A stretch of 54,645 nucleotides of DNA, counting the filler, from Sphacelaria rigidula (lineage: Eukaryota), in the NCBI GenBank assembly GCA_964200075.2. It is 4 parts of 4 records of this genome, joined end to end, with 100 filler letters (N's around TTAATTAATTAA, not from the genome) between each part and the next. Parts side by side here need not be neighbours in the genome. Positions count along the whole stretch, not along the records: positions 1 to 13,590 come from CAXNAA020002784.1; positions 13,691 to 27,279 come from CAXNAA020002785.1; 2 more parts are not named here. One strand, 5' to 3'. The position numbers and the translations under genes were made by a program. The notes beneath the pieces were generated by a model. That model was given only the letters and a program-made list of their open reading frames with translations, ran no database searches and had not been told where the DNA came from. This document shows positions 11,403 through 24,304 of this stretch, piece after piece (the first letter of the stretch is position 1; every line of letters starts with the position of its first letter).

Positions 11403-11613
11403 TGCTCCGTCTCGAAAGGGATGCGTGGTCAATGGTCAGACGACTAAGGCAAGCAACAAATGAGTACGCAACCCAACCAACACTCCACCCCCCCAACCCA
11501 CCACCCAGCCACCACCCCCCCCCCCCGCCCCCCCCCCCACCNNNNNNNNNNCAATGGCCAGACGACTAAGGCAAGCAACAAATGAGTACGCCCCCCCCCC
11601 CACCCCCACTCCC
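11403..11613 (+). repeat. Two family A copies (11403-11469, 11552-11590) with C-rich tails around a 10-N gap
   Basis: tgctccgtctcgaaagggatgcgtggtcaatggtcagacgactaaggcaagcaacaaatgagtacgc. The second copy starts right after the gap and may be an assembly duplicate. Confidence 0.8.
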
Positions 11614-11961
11614 AAAAGAGTAGACGACAGCAAGCAATCCCCGTTTCTGTCGTACGCAAAAATAATGAGTCTTTTTCAGGCCTTTCTCAAGTAACGGTGC
11701 CGATGATGACAGTGAAGAGAAGAAATCAAAATCATCAAATTAGCGATACATTTTTCCCATGAACGAAATGTGAAGATAGTGAAATATCCTCGACGCAAAC
11801 ATTTGCAGTAATGCTGATACCGTTTATAGGATAGTAAAATAGTATGCACGACATTGCCCAACTAGCAAAAACCACGTCAACGAAGCAATCAACTTCAAAA
11901 CTAGGCGCAAGGGACGGCAATTTTCACAGCAACTCTCCCTTTCGGCAACGCTCGCTCGTCA

Positions 11962-12159
11962 TCATGCCGCCCCTTCACCGTCGCCCTCCTGCAATCGTGC
12001 TTCCCAATCGTTTTGCCAAAATGACGAAGTGTAAGGACTCGTCACCTCTTTTCCGTCCTTCCTGTCATTAGCAGAGGTTCTACTAGGTGCCAGTGCATCT
12101 GGAGGATGAAACCAGTAATTAAATGCCATGTGCCCATCTTCTGACGCGAGCGAGGTGAC
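11962..12159 (-). CDS. Terminal exon of a JmjC / cupin-like domain protein (5'-partial)
   Basis: Acceptor gtcgcag; VTSLASEDGHMAFNYWFHPPD...SPYTSSFWQNDWEARL...stop. (E)VxS...H.A.NYWFHPP is the typical C-terminal end of JmjC/Cupin_8 domains. Upstream exons were not found in this contig. Confidence 0.75.
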   Translation of the reverse strand, partial: VTSLASEDGHMAFNYWFHPPDALAPSRTSANDRKDGKEVTSPYTSSFWQNDWEARLQEGDGEGAA

Positions 12160-12555
12160 CTGCGACATTTTTTTTGGCATACGAGAAGGGGGAAACAGTA
12201 AAAATGTAAAGGGGGCGCTCAGCTGGCCGAGAGGTCAGGAATTCACCAGTATTGTATCGCCACTGGGTTGGGTTGGTCGTATCTCGACGAGCCCACCAAA
12301 CTCAGCAAAAGAGGACAAGGGGTCGATCGGAATGTGTCGGCGAGTGCCTTGCAACTCACGTCCATCAAATTTACAGGTTTTAACTCGAAAAAAAAAGAGC
12401 TTTGCGTGCGTAGTTTTGAAGATATTTGCACCAAGACAGTTCCGCATACAACCCGACCTTGCAGTATAGGTTGTAGGCAATGGCTTTTGAAGGACAAGGG
12501 ATAAAGTCATCAAATGTTCACCGCCCTTAGGCTACTTCTTTTGTATCGAAAAAAC

Positions 12556-12671
12556 TATCAGAAAACGCGCTTTCTGATAAATGACCAAAAACCCACTTAT
12601 TATGTGATCAGAAAACGCGTTTTCTGATAGAATATCTTCTGATGGCATTTCCCGATAGCCTCGGGCTATCG
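12556..12671. repeat. Cluster of three palindromes
   Basis: tatcagaaaacgcgctttctgata (12556-12579, one mismatch); perfect 22-bp atcagaaaacgcgttttctgat (12607-12628); cgatagcc-tcg-ggctatcg (12653-12671). Confidence 0.85.
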
Positions 12672-12949
12672 AAAAATGTTATCGAAAAAGCGTTTGAACC
12701 TCGTTTGAATACGTTTGAACACACCTTACAGCCCACGACAGCCCCTGTGATGGCTTGGCTGCCATCACTACTACTGTTGTCGCTGGTGCTGGCGGGCATT
12801 CAGCGTGTTGCATCATTGTCCTTCGCTCGCCAGTAGCGTGGTGGCCCTTTACCCCATGAGAACAGCAGAGCGCAGGGTCGATGATGACTGCTGTACCGAC
12901 AGGACAGTCTGTGTTGTAGCTCAGTTCATGTCTGTGCACGTAGCATGTC

Positions 12950-13320
12950 GCAAACAGGACGCACCCAAGCCTTGTAGAGACAGGACCGGACTGACAGTAC
13001 ACACAAGACTTTAAGATGGGTAGTGCTACTACTGTAGTACATCCAACGCATACAACACAACAGTAGTGTATGTACTGTTGTCTGTGCTGCCCGTGCAACC
13101 GAGTACTACAGTGCAGGGAACTTGCAGCTCAGTTGAGGTCTGTGCATGCAGCTTGTTGCGAACAGACGTCGCTTTTCAGTACAGACTGCCTATGCACCCA
13201 AGCCTTGTAGATACGGGACCGTACTGACAGGACACACAAAACTATGAGTAGTGCTACTGTTGTAGTACTACAGCCAATGCATGGAATAAATGTTGTGTGT
13301 GCTGTAATTTCAGTCAAGTA
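12950..13320. repeat. Degenerate direct duplication, about 233-nt spacing
   Basis: gcacccaagccttgtaga...actgacag.acacacaa.act...gtagtgctact at about 12961 and about 13194. Confidence 0.7.
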
Positions 13321-13590
13321 CTACCATGCAGTGAAAAAGCACAACCGTCACTTCTACAGTCAGTTGGTACAGCAAGGCGGTATTCTTACTGATTGTCTTG
13401 CGTCACGCAGCCCGCATCGTGTATTGCTCAGGCAATGTATCACAGTAGCATAGACAGCTAGTACTGACCGTACACCACGACAGGACAGCAGAGTGCTGCG
13501 TCTCTCTCGCGCGCCCCAGAATTTGAAATTATGCCTACACGCCTCATAGAAAACGATAAACAGTGCGTTTTCAATGTTGATAGTGCGTCG

Positions 13591-13690
13591 NNNNNNNNNN
13601 NNNNNNNNNNNNNNNNNNNNNNNNNNNNNNNNNNTTAATTAATTAANNNNNNNNNNNNNNNNNNNNNNNNNNNNNNNNNNNNNNNNNNNN
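13591..13690. other. Artificial contig spacer
   Basis: 44 N + TTAATTAATTAA (stops in all six frames) + 44 N. Confidence 0.97.
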
Positions 13691-13829
13691 CGCCTTTGCT
13701 TTGTTGACTCTCCTCTTTGCGGATTTTTAACCACTTCCCAACCTACCCCCCCCCCCCCCCCCCCCCCCCCAACCTGCTGCGGCCGCTCCCATGTGCTCGT
13801 AATATCTTCCGACCCTCTGCCCTTACCAG

Positions 13830-16594
13830 ATGTGCGAAGAAAATCTAGACAGTGACATGTGCATAGGTCTTCCAGGCTTCACCTTGACCGGAGGTAGCTC
13901 TGGGCGTACCCCAAGCGACATTGCGCGGTGGAACGCACGCCACACCGCGGACACCCTTCGTGCACGGTCAGCGGACGCAGCGTTTGCTACTGCCTGCTCT
14001 GGAGAAACACTCGGCGGAGTGCAGGAAAAGGCCGTGAATGGTTTCGAACAACAACGGTACGCTGGCGGGGTGGCGGCTACTGTTGGTGGCGGAGACGATG
14101 ACCATGATGTCACGATGAGTGTTGTTGACGATGCCGATCATGCTGATGAGGAGGGCTGCGGGGGTCGTGATACTGACAGGATGTCATTATCAAGTAGCCT
14201 GTATGATGGTAGCGACATTGATGGTGAAGAAATGGCCGAAGACAACCCACTCCTCCGCCAGGAAAAGGTTGGAGCCGTTCTAGCACAAGGAGAAAAGGTG
14301 CTGCAGGAGGCTGCTAGGATGGTGGCGGCGGCGAAGGCTAAACATCAACCGCCGGCGATCACAGGTGATTGTGGTGTTAATGGTGTTGGCGGTGGCGCTG
14401 CCATCGAAGCGGCATCACCCCTACCAGAAACAAGAATGCCGGACAATAATGGGCGAGGCGCCACTGCCGGAACATCGGGGCAAGCAAGCATCGATTCCCC
14501 CAGATCTGGTGTAGGAATGCCTGTTGACGCCGTCTCCGAACGCAGAGAACATTGCGCACCGTCGGCTGACGGCCATGTTGAGCAATATGTGAAGCGAGGG
14601 GATGGATCGGTCGACAACGTTGGTACAAAATCGCTGGGTGTATCCCCTAGAAGCAACGAAGAGGAGGCAAGAGGGAAAGCAAAGGCGCTTTTGAAAGAGA
14701 GGGGGAGAGAGCGCGCCAAGCAGACACAGCGGCAGAGGGAGAAGGATCGAGAGGAACGATTGGAGAAGTGGAGGGAGCGGCTAAAACAGAGGGAAGCCCA
14801 GGAACAACAAGAGCGAAAGTTGGAGATGGAGGAGCATGAGAGGCGTGTGCAAAATGACAGGTGGGATCAGGGACTTCGAAGTTCTGAGAGTCGAACGGTC
14901 CGCCGAGAGCGTGGGCGAAAAAAACAGGATACCGATGGTGATGTAAGCAAGGGCGATTCACGGCGAGATAGCAGCGATGGCAGCGAAACCGCCAGCGGAT
15001 CAAGTAGAGACGGTAGTCCCGCTGGGCGCCTCAGTAAAACTCCAAGACGGAACCGACGGCCGCAGCGTGGGAACGACGTCAGCAGGGGCCGTGGCAACGT
15101 CAACGGTGGCTCGCAGTCACCTCGAGCCCCGGCGCGTGGGCGTGAAGGTGGAATTGGTGTTGACCGTGGCGTTGAAAATAGTCCACGGGCCGAGGAAGCA
15201 GCTGGTGCTGGCATCCCCGCCGAAGTGGAAGCGAAGTGGTCACCCTGGCGTAGCGTCAGCAGCAGCAGGAGAAGCCGCAGCGGCAGCGGCAGTTGCAGCA
15301 ACAGCAGCAGTAGCAACAGTAGTAGTAGTAGCAGCAGCAGCAGCAGTGATGATCAAGTGGCGGGGTCTGCATTTCGCAAACGGCGCAGGGCCAGCCGGCG
15401 TTTCAATGGCAACGATCTAGAATCGAAACGAGCGCTCAGCATTGATAGTTCGCGCAATCGACGATATCCGGAGGCCGGTAGCCGAGATAATCATGGCACA
15501 AGGTATCACCGGCGGCAGGAGAACTCCAGTGGTACTAGTGATGCGGAGTGGCACTTTGGGTCCCGGAGGCGGCAAACCATCGTTGACGTGGGAGGGAAAC
15601 GTGCACGCGATGGTCGAAGTCGGGCGCATCGATTGGACAGCGTCGACCGCAGTGAGTGTGACGGTGCGGAAAGTCGGCTACGAGGCGAACAACGGGCCAG
15701 GGGCAATCGGAGCGTCAGCAACAGCGTTGAGAACCGATCACGGCGGTCGTCTAAGAGCGGAGATCCGAGGCGAGATCGATCCCGGAGTCGAGATGATACG
15801 GACCGCCAAGAACGCGCCGCGCAATGGCATAGGGGTGGTGACCGCCCATACCGCTACACGCAGTCCGGGGGCAGCCGAGACCGATCGACCGATAGAGCCC
15901 AACGTGAACGCGCGAGATCATCAGACCCTCTGAGCCCGCAGAGCCGGGATCGCGCTCGAGGTTCAGACAGCAGAGGGCGCACGCGAGGCTCAGATGGTAT
16001 AAACCCTGACCTCAACCGTTTAAGCTACTCGCGCCGCCATGGTTATGGTCACCGGTCAAGAAGCAGAGACGCACGCTCGCAAGATAACGGAGCGCGCGGA
16101 CGGCGACCTCGCGACGACAGGCGAGCCTGCGACGATCATTCTCGCGAGCCCTCAGTTTCCCGCGAAGCACTACCAAGAGTGGGCACCGGCCGGGATGAAA
16201 GTGTAAAGGACGCCAACATTGGTGGTGTTAAGACGGGGACGACCGCAGCCGCCGCAGCCGGATCGCCAGCAAGAGAAGGCGGTGGTGGCAACAACTATAA
16301 CCCAATTGTGGCCGCTGTTGCTGCGGGCAGGACGGGCCTGCCCGTCGACATCGTCTCGGCTCCTCACATGCAGCCCGCGCATCTGTCAGAGAAAGCTGAG
16401 AGTAGCTCGTTGCCTACCGGCAGTGTACCATGGCGGCCGAATCCGCAGCCAACTCGGGAGGGAACGGCGCGTCCGCCTTTGGATGCGCACCAAGCGGGGC
16501 TAGCGCAGCTTTCGGCACCGGCGTTTCCGGAGGGGGGGGGAGCTAGCGGGGGGGTGGTGCTAGCGGGAGTCGATGCACAGCCCAACCCACTCAC
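13830..16594 (+). CDS. Giant internal exon of an Arg/Ser/Asp-rich, largely disordered protein (charged coiled-coil and RS/RD tracts); gene partial at both ends
   Basis: 2765-nt open frame. Polypyrimidine tract and CAG lie immediately before 13830, and a consensus GTGAGT donor lies at 16595. Contains an E/R/K coiled-coil (ERLEKWRERLKQRE), poly-Ser and RDRSRSR repeats. Confidence 0.75.
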
Positions 16595-17299
16595 GTGAGT
16601 GGCGCTCGTATGTTGGTGAAGGACTAGTTGTCCACGTTTATCAACTTGTTGAATGATTCGGTGTTTGGTCCCTTCGTTGCCTTGCGTTGTAGAAATTTCT
16701 TCCGTCTAGATACTATTTTTCCGTGTTTTTCCTTGAATATCAAAACATGTTTGTGTTTCTGTCTGAGAGTTCAAAGTATATGAATACTTTGGTGAAGTCT
16801 TGGATGACGAGACTCAGCCGAAGTCATCTCTTGTGTTGGCTGGGATCGACTGAAACGGTTCCGCTGTGTCACGGAGAGTACGAATGGTTTCGGGTCGCTG
16901 CTGCGACGAGCAACACCGGGTCAGAGCGGGTGCGGCGTCCACACTTGCTTTTTCTGTTCTGTTTGTATTTTGGATGGTGCGTATGGAATGTAGCCGTGAC
17001 AAAGAAAATTTTCACAGCATTTGGAAGGTGGTCAAGATGGGGTACGATACCCCAGGTAGCCTGAGTTGCCAGGATATTTTCAGGACCAAAGACCGCAAAG
17101 TGCCTGGAGTGAGTTGGAAGGTACTCGGCACTCCAGGGCGAACATGGTACTCAACTGCCAGATATAATCAGTATTCCGGGTTCATAGTATCGACTGCACT
17201 ATATGCTAGGGATCCCCGCACAGGAATGATCCAATTCTAAGAAAATCGAACGATATTCTGTGTTCGGTAGAGTATGCTATACAATATGTACTGTGGCCC

Positions 17300-20200
17300 A
17301 AAGTGTTACCGTCCTCATACCGAGAAGCTCGGTCAGTATGTGATATCTGCAAAACCGTTTGCATTCAGCGCCGAAGAATAGGGCACGTCGCCAGGTGTTC
17401 TCCAGCGTTTCCGCTCCTTTTTCGACTCCAATGTGCCATTTGCCCACGCTCTTCGCCGCAGTGACCCAATCGTATGCATCGTTAACCTCTACATCGTAGA
17501 CATACCATTTCTGTCGTGCTCCTTTGTGCGGACCAGCCCCCAGTACATGTAGGTTCTCCTGAAGGTTTTTCTTCCCATTGCTTGGGGGGACGGCTAGCCT
17601 CCTTCGGCCCTCGTGCAGCCAACCGTCCGTTCATGATGCGTTTAGGAAGGCGTGTTCTTTTCCGCCAGACAAGGGCTACCGCGAACGAGAGTTGGTGTTT
17701 GCGGATTGTTCTCTCGGTACGTTCGCAGTCAGTCATTTCGAACATCGCTCTGTACGAGAGGGTCTTGTAGCCATTTCGATATTTTTTACGGAATCCAACC
17801 ACTTGCATCAAGAGCTTGTGATGGGCAGTACGCAGACTGTCGAAGTCCTCAGAACGTAACGTCCATGTGGTACATCCATACAAAAGAGCTTTTACCACCT
17901 CCGCTTTAAGCAGCCGGACTTTCGAGGATAGCTTGGTTTTGGGTCGATCGTAGAGTTGGGAGCTATATTTTCGGATACACGCCCACGCTGCGCTGATGCA
18001 GCGTTTGATTTTGATGGAAATTTTCCCATTCGCGCTGATATCACCAAGGTAGACGAACTTCCCCGTCTGCTAATACCGTGGACCGGCAGTTTTCAGTGTA
18101 GGGCAGCCTCTGTCTAATGGGTACTGACCAAAGGTGCTTGGACTCTGCCCTCGAAGACCGCCAGGCCAAATTCTGACAGGTGACCACTATCACGGCCATC
18201 ATTCGAGCAAGGCCGTCTGAGGTCCTCGAGACTATGCCGACGTTGTCTGCATAAAGCATTGCCCACACAGCGCGTCGCGCCTTTTCCAGCGCGTGTCTTC
18301 CATGGGTTCACCACCTTCACCTTTTGGCGCATCATCTAGAAAAACCAAGTCTCAGATGATGGCTGGGTCCGCCGCGAACCGCCCAACAATCACGACGACG
18401 AAGGCTGCTACAAGACGTTGAACAACAGCGCGGACGAAACGCAACCTTGTCTGAGTCCCTGACAGACGTGGAACCACGCTGATAGTTCGCCATCATCTAG
18501 CTGTACCCGAGCTCGCATGCGTCGTGAAACACACGGATGATCATGATCATTCGAGGCGGGACTCCGAACCGAACAAACACTTCCCACAGGGGCGTGCGGT
18601 CTACGGAATCGTAGGCTTTTTGCAGATCGATAAAGCACATGCTTAGTGGACGTTGCTCGCCAGTCCCAACTCCTGGAGTCGGCTTTCTACGAACATCATG
18701 TCTGTGGTCGATTGTTGGTGCCTAGATCCGCACCGCTCTTCCGGGAAGACATCTGTTTCCTCACGGAAATTATTGAGCCTTTTGGTCACCATTTTGAGGA
18801 GAACTTTAGCGGCATCCACAAGTGGAACGCCTCTGTAGTTACCGCACTCGGTCCTATCCTTCTTTTTGTGCAGCGCTTTGACAGTGAAATCTATCCTTGC
18901 CTACGGCACCTCGCCACATGTCTAAACCGCAGAGACGATGCTGTGCAAGTGGCACAGAATCTCCTACGCCTCCCCGTTGAGTCCAAGCTTCAGGATTTCA
19001 GCAGGTAGACAATCCGGACCCGTTGCTTTGCCATTCGACATATGTCAGAGCTTCCTCAGTTTCACCTGGGCTTGGCGGGTCTCGTAGTGACGGCGCTATC
19101 GGTCGTTGTGCAATCTTTTCTATGACGGTTCGGTCGAGGGTTCAGCAATGTGGAGAAGTACCGTTCGCATCTCGCACTGATCAAACCTTTGTCCCGCAGT
19201 AATATTGCCGTCCTCATCTCGAATGTACTGCTTACTCTCGATTGGTCGTCTAGGCAGTCTCCACCCTCCATCGAGATGTCTGTACCGTCCTCTCATGTCA
19301 CTCTCTCGAGTATACTCCTCCAACTCTCTAGCATACACACCCATATATTCGTTCACTCCAACTGGGATAGCCTCTTTCACCTTTTTGCAAGCTGCTCGCA
19401 ATGTGCGCCGTGCGGGTTGATCTCGGCATGATCGCAGTCGCACCGTTGATTTCGCACTTTCCATCTCATTCCACACCTGTTTGAACTCCTTTCGGATGAC
19501 AGCATCCTCGAACCACCGCGGTATACGTGGCTTTCGGGCCAGACGGGGTACCACCTTTTCAGCGGCACTCAAGAGCACGTCGGCAATGTTCGTCGCCAGT
19601 GAACTACTGTATCGCCATGTACACTCGGTTTGAGCTTGCTGATGATGAGCTGGATGAGTTGCTCACGTCTGTCGGGGTCAGATATTATTGCCCGCCTGTC
19701 GATCGGTGTACGCCCAAGTGGAATTCATCTGGGTTTGTTGTGTGCGAAGCGACCAAGGAGCCGCACTGAGGCGCACAAAATGTTGTGGTCGGAGTCCGGC
19801 GAGTTGGGGGGTTGAAGGTGGACGGTGATATTACAAATAAGCCTAAGATGATTCTGCCATGTGAGGATGTAGTCAATGCGTTTCTTGTCCGCGGAGCGAT
19901 TTGTAACACCATTGAACGTACGCGAGGTGCTTCCGTTAGGGGTGGAAAGAACGTGTTTACCAGGACAAGCCTGTTGTTGCGAGCAAATCGCAGTAGAGAG
20001 ATGCCATTACTGTCGTTGGATCGGGAGTCCCGGCGTATGCCCCCACAATTTTACGTTCCTCCTCGCCTTTGCGTTCCCCAGTCCTTGCGTTAGCGTACAT
20101 TAAAAAATTTAGGTGATGTTTGTGAGGGATTCGGTTCACAATGCTGTCCAACTCAGTCCAGAACACAGCTCTCTCTTCTTTTGACTGTGGAGCGTCTGTA

Positions 20201-21100
20201 GGAACTACAAATCTTGCAGCATTTGATTTACCGGCGAGGTTGAATGTCATCGACATGAGGTGTTCGCTGATGAGTCCTTAAGTCCACATCGCCCTGCTGA
20301 TGATCGACTCCTTGACCGCCAACCCAACCTCATGATGTCCAACCCTTCTCTTGCCCCCTTCCTCTCCCCCGCAAGAAAACACACTTAATCCCGCCGCACA
20401 AAATTCGGTTCGACCTGGTTTTCTCATTTTCTGTAGCTCGATGACGTCACATCCGACTGCCTGACATTTTTGCAGGACCACCTCACCATGGCCAACTCCA
20501 TTCTTTACCGTGAGGAACGGTGCACGGACGTTATAGGTCGTCACTTCGAGCTCCCGAGTAGGAGACCCAGCTTTAGCTTTCTCTATATTGACGCATCTTT
20601 CTCTTTGCCCTGCTCTCCTTCTTGGTCTGTTTCACCTTCTTAATTTTACGGGCAAGCTTTTTTCCGTTCCGATTTTTTGGCACGTCGGTCGTGGTACTTG
20701 CCTCGCCTTTCGTCTCGCGGGGAGGGTGCAGCATTCCCAGCCCGCGTCGGCCGCTATCTTCAGTCCGCCGAATCTAGTACTCACTCACACATGCCTTATC
20801 AACATCAACGTGCTTCCCGTGACTGTGTCTCAACGCCGGGTAAAACGCTACCGCTGCGGGATCCAATTTGGTTTCCAGTCTAGGGTAGAACTCCGAAGCT
20901 GCAGGATTGAGCCCGGATGTCAGCACTGTCTGCATGACCCACTTCCTAGACTGTGTTACATTACCACTGACGAGAAACACAAGCAAGCCAGTAAGTCAAG
21001 TCGCCCTACCCTACTCATTGGTTGTGTCGTCGATGGGGTTAGCCTACCGCGACACAACCAACCCCAGTCGGGTGACGGTCGGGGGGACGAAGGAAGTAGT
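17300..21100 (-). mobile_element. Decayed RTE-clade non-LTR retrotransposon (APE endonuclease + RT), near full length
   Basis: Frameshifted motifs in order: TYNVR, ELQKMR, VGLAVKES, ANARTG, QGLRQGCV, WAMLYADNVGI, ALLYGCTTW, RLPKRIM, DWVTAAK. Ends are approximate. Confidence 0.9.
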
Positions 21101-21449
21101 ATCTGCACAAAATTATCTAACATTCACATTTATGGTGTGCAGAACGCATAAGTAAGTGCAGACCGCGCATGATTCACGTGCCCAAGGGCGAAATAATGCG
21201 AACTATGTAATGCGAACAAGAGCCTACGAGGAAGCCGGAGTGTGCGGGAGCTGTGTCAGTGCGGCATTGCTGCTTTTTCGGTGCAGTTTCATCAACGAAC
21301 CCATGTACTATTCACAGCCCACTACAGTATTGCGAGGTTAGGGTAGGGTATCATACGCTAGCTACCCTGGTTTTATAGGTTACATTCAGCACCTAGTGTA
21401 CCCCAGGCTATCGATGTCGGAAATACTCATTATCCCAGGGTACCTCGTG

Positions 21450-24100
21450 CACTACGGGGCAACCTTTTTTTTCAAGAGGCACGGATCAATGTCTCGGTAT
21501 TTTTCGCAGCTGATGACGAATATCGCCCCGTTTCCACTAGAGTGCGCATTTGACTCGAATACATCAGGCCGCACCACAGCGCTCAATGGGCACGAGCGAC
21601 CGAAGAAATGATTTGAAACGTGTACCTTGGGTGAAGCACAAAGTGCTGTATCGTTGTGGGGCAGTATGAAATCATCCGGCATGTCAGCCCGACCGTTATT
21701 GTGGTCTAAATCGTCGTCCCATTGAAACCCCATGATTTTGCGAGAAACAGCCGTGGTTGTGCTACGCAACGAACAACACAGCGAGACATGATGGGTATTT
21801 CAGCGACAGAGGTTGATTCATGGTGAGGGTTGGTCGGATCTTCTTACATCTTGCCAATCAGACGATGCGATTAATGGTGATGGGCGTAGGCTTTTTCCTG
21901 CGAGATTGTCATGTTCGAATAGACTACGTGATCGCCTGATTTATGGGCACCTCTGCATTGATACCAAATGCATAACTTCCACGTGCTTCTTCGCGTTCCA
22001 TCGTTCTAATGGTTTTCACGTGATCTCAACTTCATCTACGTTCGAAACCAAGGGGTTCAGCGACTCGAAACCCATCTTGTCGATAAAATAACTGGGGAAA
22101 AAATGTACAGGATGTTCAGGTTCTCCAAGTGAAAGCAAATGCCGTTTGTCTAGACTGGCTCCACCATGTTTATGTCGGCTTTATCTATCCGTCACACCGT
22201 CTGTGTCAAGGATGCCGGCTTCCAAGTACGCGGAAGAGGTCGTCTCTCGCTGCAAACCGTGTTCATGTATGTGATGGAAAATGTCTCACGTCCGAGAATC
22301 TCCCAAGACGAGCAACGCAGGTCTAGGACGAGACCCATAAGGGCTTGGATTCGCGGTCAAATGACGTGTACGGCAAAATGCTATTTGTCACATCTAGTGT
22401 ACGGTAATGTGATATATTCTATTTCGCAAAATCTCCTTACAGAGCGCGATATATTTATATCCAGACTGCGAACCCTGTCAATTTCATTGAAAATGTTGGG
22501 ATCTATAGCGTAGCTACCACTCCCCTCTTACAGGTTCGTTCCAGCATCCTTTTCAATATGACTGCAAAATATCGCGCTGTATGGTGTGGGTATTCAACGA
22601 CAATGACACATTTTTAAGGTTAGAACGAATCACGATTTATACGAGTTGACTCTTCATGAAAGGACGGGATTCAACCTGTATGAACTGTTGGTCCCACATG
22701 CACCGGACGGTGGATAACATATGCAGTACAGTCATCTTAACTGCATACAGATTGGGAGAAACGTACGACTGATGCAAGGCGCATGAGATGAGAGGATTCA
22801 ACGATGTGCTGACTCTTCGTCCCGCACGAGTCATACGCATGGCATAGATGTAGATGCCATCTACGTCTCATGGTGAGTGTGGGTGGCATGTATAATCTAT
22901 TCATTGCGCATTTTTTCACGGGGGATTAGTATGTGCCAATGATCTACCCCCTATGGTGCTCCGTCTCGAAAGGGATGCGTGGTCAATGGTCAAACGACTA
23001 AGGTAAGCAACAAATGAGTATGCACACTCGCTCACCTTTGGTCTCGAGGGTTGTATCCGGGAGCTTCGTCACTTAAATAAGCGGGTCAAGAGCTCAAAAC
23101 CTGTATAAATCACAAGTGATGTACGAATCGTATGATTTATTCGTTGAAATGAACATGAGTTGAATTATGATTGTATTTGTCCTAACCGTGCACATCTTGA
23201 CCACGGTAGACGATGTGTACCGTGACGGTGCACGCGCAGTAGAATTGGGTGTGTTCTGTCAAAATGGAGAAAAACCATCAGTTTGTATAAGGACCGTAAA
23301 TGTCTCTCCCGTCTCAGCTTGGAATAACCTTCTATCGTGGTTGGTACAGTGTGATGGGTAGAATTCCGTTTAGGTAATCGGAAGACGTCGCTTCAGTTTT
23401 CCATGGCCGGGTTTCAAAATATTCTACATTTTGCACTGTCAATCGCTCTGAAACTTGCCGAGCCTCGTTTATCGGAGGGACAGCGAAGGACGTGACATGA
23501 CTCGTCAGCCACCTTGAAATACACACCTCGGTGTGAGCACCACTATGCCGAGTACAAAAACCATGGGCTTTAGGGCGAACCCACGTTAGCCCTACTGATC
23601 GCTACGCGACGAAGCCATGTTTTATTTTCCAGCACCCACTCCGCGAAAGGGGCAATGGTTTGTGGTACAGTTCGCGGACGAATTCGTGTCGCTTCAAGCA
23701 TGTGCGAGCGACGGCGCGCTTCTTGCTACGCCTCGTTGGAATCTTGAACTATGTAGAAGACAACCGAGCAGTGTATTCATCGAACGTACAAGCACCGACG
23801 ACGTACGTTTGCCAACGAGGAGATGGGGTACAAGAGTAGTCGAGTACCTTGAAACCTCACCCGCAGGACGCACGTACGTTCAATGTAGACACAAGTCACG
23901 CCGCCATAGCTTTGCCATTGCCTCGCTTGCCGCGAGTTACAAATCGCAGCGGCACCTTATATGTTGGCGAATCGCGTATCACATCACGCTTAACGAACCG
24001 TTGTCCTCATACTCCATACTCTAGTGTACTTTCACGCGTTGCAACAGCATACTCAGAATGGGTATAATATTGCCATATTCAAGCCATCGAAGTCCTCGTG
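21450..24100 (-). mobile_element. Decayed DNA transposon remnant with SWIM finger and Ulp1(C48)-like peptidase (MULE-like)
   Basis: Minus strand CHCR*IPTPYSAIFCSHI (22558-22608; CxCx11CxH), then VHFFPSYFIDKM...LERWNAKK...VPIN (about 21930-22110) and ...GAIFV. Many stops and frameshifts. Confidence 0.4.
22956..23023 (+). repeat. Family A short element
   Basis: gtgctccgtctcgaaagggatgcgtggtcaatggtcaaacgactaaggtaagcaacaaatgagtatgc. Confidence 0.85.
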
Positions 24101-24304
24101 AACTTGCGCGTGCGCGACATGTATCTTTGTTGAGGTCTTCGATGGTATTAGCCATGCTCTCACGAGCGACCTAACTTCACAAGACTGAATTAACGCGAGG
24201 GAGCTCCGGGCCTCGGTCCAATCAGAGTGCCCCTTTCGAAATGGGGGAGTTCAGCACAAATTAAAAACCACTCGCGCCGCGGTTGAGCCCGGCCATATCT
24301 CGGA

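Noticed and set aside
11403..11469. Family A as a tRNA gene or tRNA-derived SINE
   Set aside because: Only an A-box-like motif is present, with no B box (GTTCRA) and no cloverleaf.
13635..13646. TTAATTAATTAA as a biological palindrome or site
   Set aside because: It is identical and centred in all three N blocks, so it is an assembly linker.
11962..16594. Functional linkage or divergent promoter between the JmjC exon and the RS-rich gene
   Set aside because: They lie on different contigs separated by an artificial spacer.
17265..21115. Target-site duplication of the first RTE LINE (agtatgctatacaa / agtatctgcacaa)
   Set aside because: The match is too degenerate and the element ends are not defined precisely.
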